This document shows, one piece after another, positions 46,373 through 54,533 of a DNA stretch of 64,000 nt. A program made the translations under genes and the position numbers. The stretch covers positions 33,449 to 97,448 of the forward strand of contig JAJYHM010000006.1 of assembly GCA_021784755.1 (NCBI GenBank), read 5' to 3'. The DNA comes from Pseudomonadota bacterium (GTDB taxonomy: Bacteria; Pseudomonadota; Gammaproteobacteria; Acidiferrobacterales; Acidiferrobacteraceae). Each line of letters begins with the position of its first letter. Position 1 is the stretch's first letter. The notes under the pieces were generated by a model. The model saw nothing but the letters and a program-made list of their open reading frames with translations. It ran no database searches and was not told the origin of the DNA.

Positions 46373-47744
46373 GCTTGCGCGTCAAGGTATTGCGGCCGAG
46401 GCCGAGGCGCCGGGCGGCGTCCTGCTTGCGGCCCCCGGTGTGGCGCAACGCAGCCTCGATGAGCGTCTGCTCGAACTGGGTGCTTAGATCCGTATAGACC
46501 CCCTTTTCCCCCAGAGCGAGCCTCTGCTCAACGATCATGCGCAGGCCCGCGCGCCAGTCGACGCCCGTTTGCGCAGGGTCGACCTCCTTCAGTTCCGGAG
46601 CCAGGTCCGCGATGCGAATCGTGCGACCAGGCGCCATGACTGTGAGCCATCGGCATGTGTTCTCGAGCTGACGCACATTCCCCGGCCACGGCAGCTTGCA
46701 GAGATACTGTTCGGCCTCCGGCGCGAGCACCTTCGCCTCAACATTGAGTTCGGTCGCCGCGGCGGCCAAGAAGTGCCTGGCAAGCACCGGTATGTCCTGC
46801 CGCCGCTCGCGCAACGGCGGTACATGGACACGAATCACGTTCAGCCGATGAAATAAGTCTTCGCGGAAAAGGCCGTCGGCGACGCGCTGTTCAAGATTCT
46901 GATGGGTCGCCGCGATCACACGGACATTGGTGCGAATCTTTTCACAACCGCCGACACGATAGAATTGCCCGTCCGACAAGACCCGCAGGAGTCGCGTCTG
47001 CAGGTCGGAAGGCATGTCACCGATCTCGTCCAAGAACAAGGTCCCGCCGTCGGCCTGCTCGAAACGGCCGCGCCGCTGCGTCAAGGCCCCGGTGAAGGCC
47101 CCGCGCTCGTGGCCGAAGAGTTCCGATTCGAGGAGGCCCGCAGGGATGGCGGCGATATTGAGGGCGATGAAGGCGTTGCGCGACCTTGGACTATGATTAT
47201 GCAGGGCGCGCGCGACCAGCTCCTTGCCCGTGCCCGACTCGCCATTGATCAGAACCGTAATATGCGAACCCGATAGACGGCCGATGGCACGGAATACCTC
47301 CTGCATGGCAGGCGCCGCACCCAGGATCTCGGGGGGCTCCTCGGGGCGCTCAGCATGAGTCACCTGCCCTTGGCGCCGGTGCTCGATAGCGTAGCGCGCC
47401 AGACCCACCGCGTGGTCGACATCGAATGGCTTCGGGAGATACTCGAAGGCCCCGCCCTGATAAGCCGCCACCGCACTGTCGAGGTCGGAATGCGCCGTCA
47501 TGACGATCACGGGCAACGACGGCTGGGTGTGGCTTATGGACTCGAGCAGTTTGAGCCCCGAAAGCCCGCTCATGCGGATATCCGTGATCACGACATCCGG
47601 CGTCTCATCCCGCAGCTCATCCAAGGCCATACTCGCGCCCGTGAAGCAACGCGTGGCCATGCCGGCCTGCTGAAAAGCCTTTTCCAGCACCCACCGGATC
47701 GATTCATCATCGTCTATGATCCATACGCTATCCTGTCGCGTCAT
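46353..47744 (-). CDS. ntrC: Nitrogen regulation protein NR(I)
   Basis: [10 protein letters not shown] receiver, [29 protein letters not shown]. Confidence 0.97.
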   Translation of the reverse strand: MTRQDSVWIIDDDESIRWVLEKAFQQAGMATRCFTGASMALDELRDETPDVVITDIRMSGLSGLKLLESISHTQPSLPVIVMTAHSDLDSAVAAYQGGAFEYLPKPFDVDHAVGLARYAIEHRRQGQVTHAERPEEPPEILGAAPAMQEVFRAIGRLSGSHITVLINGESGTGKELVARALHNHSPRSRNAFIALNIAAIPAGLLESELFGHERGAFTGALTQRRGRFEQADGGTLFLDEIGDMPSDLQTRLLRVLSDGQFYRVGGCEKIRTNVRVIAATHQNLEQRVADGLFREDLFHRLNVIRVHVPPLRERRQDIPVLARHFLAAAATELNVEAKVLAPEAEQYLCKLPWPGNVRQLENTCRWLTVMAPGRTIRIADLAPELKEVDPAQTGVDWRAGLRMIVEQRLALGEKGVYTDLSTQFEQTLIEAALRHTGGRKQDAARRLGLGRNTLTRKLKDLDP

Positions 47745-48795
47745 AGTCCTGCCTCAGAGGAAGAAACAACGTAAAAACCGTCCGTCCCGGACGACTCACA
47801 TACTCGATGAGCCCGCCATGTCTGCGGGCGATGTCCTGAGCGATCGACAGACCGAGACCGCTGCCCTCAGCGCGTCCGGTCACCATAGGGTAGAAGAGGG
47901 TGTCGCGGAGGGCCTGCGGCACGCCCGGCCCGTTATCTTCGACCTCGGTACGCAACACGAGCTTGTGGCGCCGCTGGCCAATGGTGAACTGCCGCTCGAT
48001 CCGCGACCGCAATACGACAGTTCGGCTCGAGGACTGCACGGCGTTGCGCACGAGATTCAAGATCGCCTGGACAAGTTGGTCGGGGTCGGCGGCGAACTCC
48101 GGGATGCTGGGGTCATAGTCGCGCCTAAAGACGACATTCTCGCCGACCTCCGCCAGCAACAACGATCGGACATGCTCCAATATCTGGTGAATATTGACCT
48201 GTGCCTGCAGATAGGGGCGGGCGGGTTCCGCCAAACGGTCCACCAGACTCTGCAGGCGATCCGCCTCGCGAATGATGATGCGCGTGTACTCCCGCTCGCT
48301 CTCCGTGAGCTTGCGCTCGAGGAGCTGTGCTGCGCCACGCAAACCCCCGAGGGGGTTCTTGATCTCGTGCGCGAGGCCCCTAACCACGGCCCGCTGCGCC
48401 ACATGCCTATCCATCAATTCCTCCTCTTGCGCTAATCGACGCAGCCGGTCGACCTGAGTGAGCTCGAGCAGCAAGGCGGCGTCACGCCTATCGACATTGC
48501 GACCCGGCAAGAGGGCGGTGACCGTCATATCCACGATGGCCTCGCGACCCGGCAACAGCAAGGGCAGGCCACGGCGCGTGAACGAATGGGCGGTCTGCAG
48601 GGTATCGGCAAACAGGCTCACGAGGGGAGCGGTTTGCGGCCACAGTCTCTGAAGTTGTTGTCCGACCATCTGCTTGGCACTCAACTCGAATAGCATCTCG
48701 GTCGCCGGGTTCACGGCCTGAAGGCGCAAAGCCGTATCCGCGACAACGACCGCGGTGGTCAGATTCTCTATAATGTTCTCTGCAGGACTCACCAC
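47728..48795 (-). CDS. ntrB: Nitrogen regulation sensor kinase NR(II)
   Basis: PAS, GLAHEIKNPLGGLRGAAQLL, DYDPSIPE, FYPMVTG..GSGLGL. Confidence 0.96.
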   Translation of the reverse strand: MVSPAENIIENLTTAVVVADTALRLQAVNPATEMLFELSAKQMVGQQLQRLWPQTAPLVSLFADTLQTAHSFTRRGLPLLLPGREAIVDMTVTALLPGRNVDRRDAALLLELTQVDRLRRLAQEEELMDRHVAQRAVVRGLAHEIKNPLGGLRGAAQLLERKLTESEREYTRIIIREADRLQSLVDRLAEPARPYLQAQVNIHQILEHVRSLLLAEVGENVVFRRDYDPSIPEFAADPDQLVQAILNLVRNAVQSSSRTVVLRSRIERQFTIGQRRHKLVLRTEVEDNGPGVPQALRDTLFYPMVTGRAEGSGLGLSIAQDIARRHGGLIEYVSRPGRTVFTLFLPLRQDYDATG

Positions 48796-48865
48796 GATAT
48801 CCCCTTTGGCAAGATTCGGGCCAGTAGTGCGCCCCCCAAAATACGCCATTTTCGGGCGTCGTGCC

Positions 48866-48901
48866 CATCCCAAAATGGGGCAAATGCACTGTATTAGTGC
48901 A
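48866..48901. promoter_or_regulatory. NtrC-binding sites upstream of ntrB
   Basis: TGCACTGTATTAGTGCA (48885-48901) matches TGCACCA-N3-TGGTGCA; weaker adjacent site CATCCCAAAATGGGGCA. Confidence 0.7.
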
Positions 48902-48912
48902 TACTGATCCTC

Positions 48913-48941
48913 TTGCGTTAAATGACAATGAATCTTATTAT
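48913..48941 (+). promoter_or_regulatory. sigma70 promoter with overlapping Fur box
   Basis: TTGCGT-N17-TATTAT; AATGACAAT-G-AATCTTATT (48921-48939) versus the 9-1-9 Fur consensus AATGATAAT-N-ATTATCATT. Confidence 0.65.
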
Positions 48942-48969
48942 TGTTACCGTCAACTCACGGGCATCATTC

Positions 48970-50223
48970 ATGTCTTGGTCGCGTCGGCGCTCCGACAGAT
49001 GGTCCAACCCCTGGCGCTCGGCGTTCGCCGTCATAGGCCCCGGCTTGGTCGTCATGTTGGCCGATACCGACGCAGGCAGCGTGATCACGGCCGCCCAGAG
49101 CGGCGCCCAGTGGGGCTATAAGCTTTTACTGCTTCAGGCCGTACTAATCCCCATTCTTTATATCGTCCAGGAATTGACAGTGCGCCTCGGGATCGTCACG
49201 GGCGAAGGGCATGGCGAACTGATCGCCAAGCGCTTCGGTCGCGGCTTTGCGTGGCTGTCTGTCGGGACCCTGGCCTTGTCCTGTCTCGGGGCACTCCTCA
49301 CAGAACTGAGCGGCATGGCCGGGGTCGGCCTGCTGTTCGGGGTACCGCGATGGATCACCATGTTGATCCTCGTAAGCGGTCTCATCACTATGGTGTGGAC
49401 CGCCTCTTATACCGGGGTGGAGCGGGTGGCGCTCGCGGTCGGCGCCTTCGAATTCGCATTCCTATTCGTCGCCTTCCGCGCCCACCAGCCCCTGGGTCCG
49501 CTGCTGCGCCAAAGTCTGCAGATCCCGTTCCACGATCCGGGCTACCTCTACCTCGCAGCGGCCAATGTGGGCGCCGTGATCATGCCCTGGATGGTGTTTT
49601 ACCAACAGTCGGCGGTGGTCGATAAGGGCTTGCGCCTCGATCAACTCCGGATGGCGCGGATCGACACGGCCATAGGTGCGGTCGTGACGCAGCTCATCAT
49701 GGCTTCGGTGCTGGTCGCAACCGCCGCCACCATCGGGCGCAGCAATCCCCACGCCCCCCTCGACACCGTCCAGCAGATCGCCAACGCCCTGACGCCATTC
49801 TTGGGCCAAAGCACCGGCCGATTGCTCTTCGCCTTGGGGATGAGCGGCGCGGCGGCGGTCGCCACGATCGTGGTATCGCTGACGGCAGCGCGCGGCGTAG
49901 GAGAGGTCATGGGCTTCAAACACTCCCTCGAGCACCACCCGCGCGAGGCCCCGTGGTTCTACGGGATCTTCACGACCCTGCTCGTGCTCGGTGGCGCACT
50001 GGTCGCCTCCAACGTCAACCTAGTGAGCCTCGGGGTCGCGATGGAGGTCATGAACGCCGTTCTCTTGCCGATCGTGCTCGGATTCTTGTACCTGCTCGCA
50101 CGCCATGCCCTCCCGGGAGCTTTGCGCCTCCAGGGGCTTTACGCGGCGTTCGTGCTCGGCGTCATCACCATTACCGCAGGCTTCGGTCTCTATGCCGCGA
50201 TCAACGGGATCGCGGTCGCATAG
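48970..50223 (+). CDS. NRAMP-family divalent metal transporter (non-canonical DxDAG subgroup)
   Basis: GPGL.V..ADTDAGS.....Q.GA.WGY.LL, QE..VRLG.VTG, GAVIMPW. Confidence 0.9.
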   Translation: MSWSRRRSDRWSNPWRSAFAVIGPGLVVMLADTDAGSVITAAQSGAQWGYKLLLLQAVLIPILYIVQELTVRLGIVTGEGHGELIAKRFGRGFAWLSVGTLALSCLGALLTELSGMAGVGLLFGVPRWITMLILVSGLITMVWTASYTGVERVALAVGAFEFAFLFVAFRAHQPLGPLLRQSLQIPFHDPGYLYLAAANVGAVIMPWMVFYQQSAVVDKGLRLDQLRMARIDTAIGAVVTQLIMASVLVATAATIGRSNPHAPLDTVQQIANALTPFLGQSTGRLLFALGMSGAAAVATIVVSLTAARGVGEVMGFKHSLEHHPREAPWFYGIFTTLLVLGGALVASNVNLVSLGVAMEVMNAVLLPIVLGFLYLLARHALPGALRLQGLYAAFVLGVITITAGFGLYAAINGIAVA

Positions 50224-50417
50224 ACTCGCCTCAAGGCGCCCGTAAGACCGCGGGCCCTCTTCCTCGAATAATAAGACAGGCGGCGCAGAGCCCGGCAACG
50301 GGCCTACAACGCCCCGCCCCCAGAAGGGGGCAAGGGGTCCACTGAGGCATTCCCTTTCCTGGATCCACCATAAACATGGTTGACTATCAAATCGATATTT
50401 GAGAGGTCTGTCATTGG

Positions 50418-51404
50418 TTAGGACGCCTTGCGCAGTCCATGATCCTTTGTCAGGCGCACAATCTTCCGGAAGATGACCTCGATAACGGGGGAACAAACCC
50501 CATTCCCACACAGCTTTATCTTTTCTCTTCTATTGCCGTAAGGCAGGAAATGCTGGCTACCAGCACCCATTGCCCTTAGCAGTTCGATGGGCTGCAGCAT
50601 CCGCATATACGGTTGTCGTTTTCTCCAGGTGACGAGCGCAAACCTGTCCAGCGTGGTGACTGTCCGTAGCGGTGCGTCCAGGCGCTGCCAGCCACCCGCA
50701 TAATCTGAGCCATAATAAACAATAATGAACGGAACGTTCATACCAAGTTCCGCAATTGCGCGCTCGGCGCGAGCGAGTGTGGCCTTGGCACGGCCTTTCA
50801 TATATAGCGGGGTTGTTTTATAGGCACCGTTCCAGTCGATAATAGAGCGGGCGTCCTTTCTGCCCTTCTTGTGGATAGCCAGCAGGTCGTCCCTGGAGAC
50901 TACGCTTCCTTGTCTATCACAGACGAGGAACATTCTTTTTCTGGATTGTGGTGTGCCGAAATCAGCCGCGTTGAGAAAAAGATCGTTTACGTGGTAACCA
51001 AGATTCTTGAGGGACACAAGGAGATGGTCATGCCGATCCCAGCTCTTCATGCGGTTAACGTTCTCCACAATGACCCATTGTGGCTTCATTGCATCCACCC
51101 ACGGGATGATACTTATTGCTGTCTCGCGGCTTTTTTCTGAGCCGGGTTTGGAGCCGCGCGCAATGGAGTGTGCCGTGCACTCGGGGGATGTCAGAAGAAC
51201 GTCTGGTTTGTATCTCTTCGACAACACGAAGGGGTCTAGTTCCTCAATCCGTTTCTGAAGCACGGTGGCTTGGGGGAAGTTGGACATATAGGTGTCAGTG
51301 GCCAACTTCCAGGCATCGACACCGAGAATCGGCCGTCCACCGGCGCGTACGGCACCGCGGGCGCCAAACCCACCACCGCAAAAAAGGTCTACAAAATTGA
51401 GCAT
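50418..51404 (-). CDS. DNA (cytosine-5)-methyltransferase (DrmMII-like role)
   Basis: DLFCGGG, SPEC (catalytic Cys), ENV, LNAADFG.PQ.RKR, GNGV. Confidence 0.9.
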   Translation of the reverse strand: MLNFVDLFCGGGFGARGAVRAGGRPILGVDAWKLATDTYMSNFPQATVLQKRIEELDPFVLSKRYKPDVLLTSPECTAHSIARGSKPGSEKSRETAISIIPWVDAMKPQWVIVENVNRMKSWDRHDHLLVSLKNLGYHVNDLFLNAADFGTPQSRKRMFLVCDRQGSVVSRDDLLAIHKKGRKDARSIIDWNGAYKTTPLYMKGRAKATLARAERAIAELGMNVPFIIVYYGSDYAGGWQRLDAPLRTVTTLDRFALVTWRKRQPYMRMLQPIELLRAMGAGSQHFLPYGNRREKIKLCGNGVCSPVIEVIFRKIVRLTKDHGLRKAS

Positions 51405-51664
51405 TTACACGCCTCGTGTGTTTGGGTACGTAATATTGCCAAGTCTGTAGGGCTTTGTAAAAATAAGCCAAGGGGAGGCGCTTTCTTTATCCTCAGGCCT
51501 CGCCATCCCCCATCGTGGCTCAATAATCCTCCCATCGCTCTGCCCAGGCCGCTTGTCCGCATCCCCGCAGCCATCACGACCGCCACGCCTCGCCATATAT
51601 ATCAAGCAGTGCCCGGATGCGGGCGATGCCCACCTTGCCGCTCGCGTCGGTGAATGCCAATCGC

Positions 51665-51900
51665 TGCGTTTTACGGGCCGTCGTGAACACCCATTACGGG
51701 GGATCGTGAACGCCCCAAGGCCTTCCGCCGTAATCGGTGTTCGCGATCGCACCGTCCCCCCATCCTGGCTGGTCAGTTTCGGAGTTCAGTCCGCATGCTG
51801 AGGGCTTTTTGGAGCCCGCATGCCCACACCGAGAATAACCATGTCGAAGATCCGCGAAATCCTCCGTCTCCAGGCCTTGACCTTGGGCGTAAAAAGCTAA
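51665..51900 (+). mobile_element. IS21-family left-end remnant with truncated istA
   Basis: Starts with TG; two direct repeats TTACGGG...TCGTGAAC at 23-nt period plus an inverted copy; ORF 51820-51900 MPTPRITMSKIREILRL then stop. Confidence 0.75.
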
Positions 51901-52099
51901 CTGGGCTTATATCACGGCTGCGCCCGCGGCAGTTTGGCATCTTTGCAACCACCTCTTTCGTTGCTACACAGGTATACCAGGAGCTGAAAGAGGACGATCA
52001 TCCGTGTTTGTCATCGGTGGTGGCTATATCGCCAAACCACTCCGGCAGAAAATCGGTGGCACTCAAAACTTCAAGAGCTGGCTGGATAGGCTTGACTGA
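51882..52099 (+). pseudogene. C-terminal fragment of an AspBHI/Mrr-cat-like restriction endonuclease
   Basis: With two frameshifts it reads GVK/-LTGLISRLRPRQFGIFATTSFVATQVYQELKEDDHP/VFVIGGGYIAK..SWLDRLD*. Confidence 0.65.
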
Positions 52100-52100
52100 T

Positions 52101-52508
52101 CTATTCGCCCCGCAGAACCTTTATCACTCTCGCTGCACACCGGTCCAGATCATCCGCTACATCGTGCTCCCAGAACCTGGCCACTTTCCACCCCAGCTTC
52201 TCCAATGCCAAGCCGACCTCGCGGTCCCTGGCCACATTTCTTCTTAGCTTCGCCTTCCAGAAGTTCCTGTTCTTCTCCGGCATAGAAAAGTGTATGGGAC
52301 ACATGTGCCAGAAACATCCATCAATGAATACCACCGTCTTTTGTCTGGAGAAAACAATGTCGGGACAACCGGGTAACCTGCTCTTCACTCGATACCTCAG
52401 GCCGTAACACCACAGCGCTTTTCTCAGGGCGATTTCCGGCTTTGTACTGCTTCCGCGGATGCGCGACATGCAGTATCGACGCTGCGCGGGAGTAAGGACA
52501 TCAGCCAT
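52101..52508 (-). CDS. vsr: Very short patch repair endonuclease
   Basis: D..T..QR..CMSRIR...TKPE, LPG.PD, VFIDGCFWH, FW..K..RN..RD, WE. Confidence 0.95.
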   Translation of the reverse strand: MADVLTPAQRRYCMSRIRGSSTKPEIALRKALWCYGLRYRVKSRLPGCPDIVFSRQKTVVFIDGCFWHMCPIHFSMPEKNRNFWKAKLRRNVARDREVGLALEKLGWKVARFWEHDVADDLDRCAARVIKVLRGE

Positions 52509-52653
52509 ACCTGATCCACACATACCAAGACAAGCGAAAGCGCAGCGTGCCATCCTTAAACCCAGTCATGATGGCCACGCATCTCGTTAAACGTCTCGGC
52601 GCAACGTGACACGCATCTGGGCTGCTGATACTTGGCATGAACAATTGGCATTG

Positions 52654-54528
52654 CTACGAGAGTAAATCCACAAAGAAACCGAGGCCTGGAAGGCCAGGAG
52701 TACCAACAAGCAGCGCACGGTCAAGCAGACGGTTGCCTTCCTCGCACGACGTTTCCGGCAGCAAACAGCAGCCGTGGCAGGCGGCGAGATTGGCGCTATC
52801 CGAGCCCTGGCCGTTGCTTTCAATGCACACCGGGTCTGAGGAGCACCACGCTGCGTGCTGAATTGCCCGGCGCAGTGTCTGTTCAAAGCGGCCAGCTTTG
52901 CCCTGGCGTACCAATCCTCCCATTGATCCTTCGGAGTCACCTGAAGCGGTATAAATCAGAATCCCTTGCATCGGTTTCGCCGGGTCAGAGAAATCACAAT
53001 AGATACGTTCCCGAAGTGATGCGCTTCCATAGCCACAGTCAAAACTCAATTGATTTATCAACACATGCGCCAATGTATGAAGCAGCAGGAATTTCGGAGT
53101 AATATTGCGGTGAGGCTGCTGGCGCCCAAGGCGAACAGTGTTGTAATGATCAATAAGAGGTACGATCCGCTTCAGAATCTCTGGTTGGGTAGCGAGCCAT
53201 AGGTCGACTGCGGATGAGTCCACCTCGATAAATATGCCTTCGCCATAAACCTTGACGGCTGGAAGCCAGTCGATACGCGGATCAAGCTTGAGCGATTGTA
53301 GGCGCGGACTCGCTAGATTTCCATCTGGTGGCAGTATGCGTGTAAAACCAGCGAGGGCTCTAGTCTCGCGCAGTTTGTGTACGAGCCGGATTCTCGAAAA
53401 GAACTTTGTGACGGCGAGGTCGTAGTCCTGTGGTTCGGCGCATTCGACGTAAAGATCGGTATCCGGACCAACTTCTCCATCGCAGATGGCCTGATATTCT
53501 GAACGGCGGAATGACTCTTCGTCACCGGCTGCACCCGAGGGGCCTGATAATGGTCTGCCTTCAAGTTTGAGCTGGGCGGCCGCCTCCAGCTCTTTCGCGT
53601 CAATACCTGCCATAGCTGCCACGGTTTGGCAACGCACAGGGTCGATGCGCCCGTTCACCGTACCCTGCGACAACAGGGCCCACACATGCGACTGCTCCAA
53701 TATAGCCACAATGTCCGCGCCCACATGTTCCGCCCACAGTGGCAGGTAGATGGAACTGAACACCTGAGGGAAATAGACGTTGCTTGCCCCCCGCTGCAAA
53801 ACACGCAGATGGTTCCCGCACGACATGGCGCCCGTGTCGGATTCCCCAAGCCAGGGGCGCAGCCCCTTGCATCGGCAACCGAGTTTCGACAGAGGCCCTC
53901 CCTCTTTCTCGTCGAACCGGAATACATCACCAAGTGTCCGTTTTTGTCCGCACGAACACTCCAACGTGATACCTGACAAACCTGCAGACGATCGTCCGGC
54001 CCGAAGCCTGAGCTTGCAGTCCGCGGTTTGTGGCGATTCTCTATGCACCCACTCCATGAAAGGGAAATCCTGTATATGTCCCGATTCACACGCTGCCACG
54101 AAGCGAACCGGGATCAGGAACGGCCGACGCTTTTCCGGTTTGTTGGCGCAGCTCTGCTGCGCATAGGGCCGGCCACGACAACGCTCGCGTGTGGCCGAAA
54201 AAATGGATAGCTCCTCCATGCCACCACAGTGGTGGCAGTAATGCCACCGCGGAAACCGAACGAACGGAACTGATTCATTTGGAAAGCGTGTTCCACTATC
54301 CCGCTCACGATGGTCGGGCGGGAATCTGAAATGTGAGACGTTAAGCCGTGTCTCCAGGCGTTCCTCGCGAATAAGCCAGCCCGATTCGGGCGGACACTCT
54401 TCCTTCGCTAGCGGCCATACATCCAGTCCGGCAGGCATCAACGATTCGTCCCTGGGGAAGTCCACCATTGCCCCCATGCCAAACGGCGAGATGAGTTGAC
54501 TGCGGCGTATCGGTTTCTGTGCGGGCAT
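52654..54528 (-). CDS. drmB: DUF1998-domain DISARM protein
   Basis: IRRSQLI.PFG.GA, RFP.W..C..C, GH..DFP, SNVYF, GEGIF, HTLAH.LI, GY..ASLRERIY, CSSDPVC, ACHGC..LPETSCE..N. Confidence 0.9.
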   Translation of the reverse strand: MPAQKPIRRSQLISPFGMGAMVDFPRDESLMPAGLDVWPLAKEECPPESGWLIREERLETRLNVSHFRFPPDHRERDSGTRFPNESVPFVRFPRWHYCHHCGGMEELSIFSATRERCRGRPYAQQSCANKPEKRRPFLIPVRFVAACESGHIQDFPFMEWVHRESPQTADCKLRLRAGRSSAGLSGITLECSCGQKRTLGDVFRFDEKEGGPLSKLGCRCKGLRPWLGESDTGAMSCGNHLRVLQRGASNVYFPQVFSSIYLPLWAEHVGADIVAILEQSHVWALLSQGTVNGRIDPVRCQTVAAMAGIDAKELEAAAQLKLEGRPLSGPSGAAGDEESFRRSEYQAICDGEVGPDTDLYVECAEPQDYDLAVTKFFSRIRLVHKLRETRALAGFTRILPPDGNLASPRLQSLKLDPRIDWLPAVKVYGEGIFIEVDSSAVDLWLATQPEILKRIVPLIDHYNTVRLGRQQPHRNITPKFLLLHTLAHVLINQLSFDCGYGSASLRERIYCDFSDPAKPMQGILIYTASGDSEGSMGGLVRQGKAGRFEQTLRRAIQHAAWCSSDPVCIESNGQGSDSANLAACHGCCLLPETSCEEGNRLLDRALLVGTPGLPGLGFFVDLLS

Positions 54529-54533
54529 CGGCG

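Noticed and set aside
51500-51664. Possible gene tail (AFTDASGKVGIARIRALLDIYGEAWRS*) cut by the IS21 end
   Set aside because: Too short to assign; not reported as a feature.
51671-51750. Short repeats resembling a mini-CRISPR or iteron set
   Set aside because: Only two direct copies without spacers; explained as IS21 terminal transposase-binding repeats.
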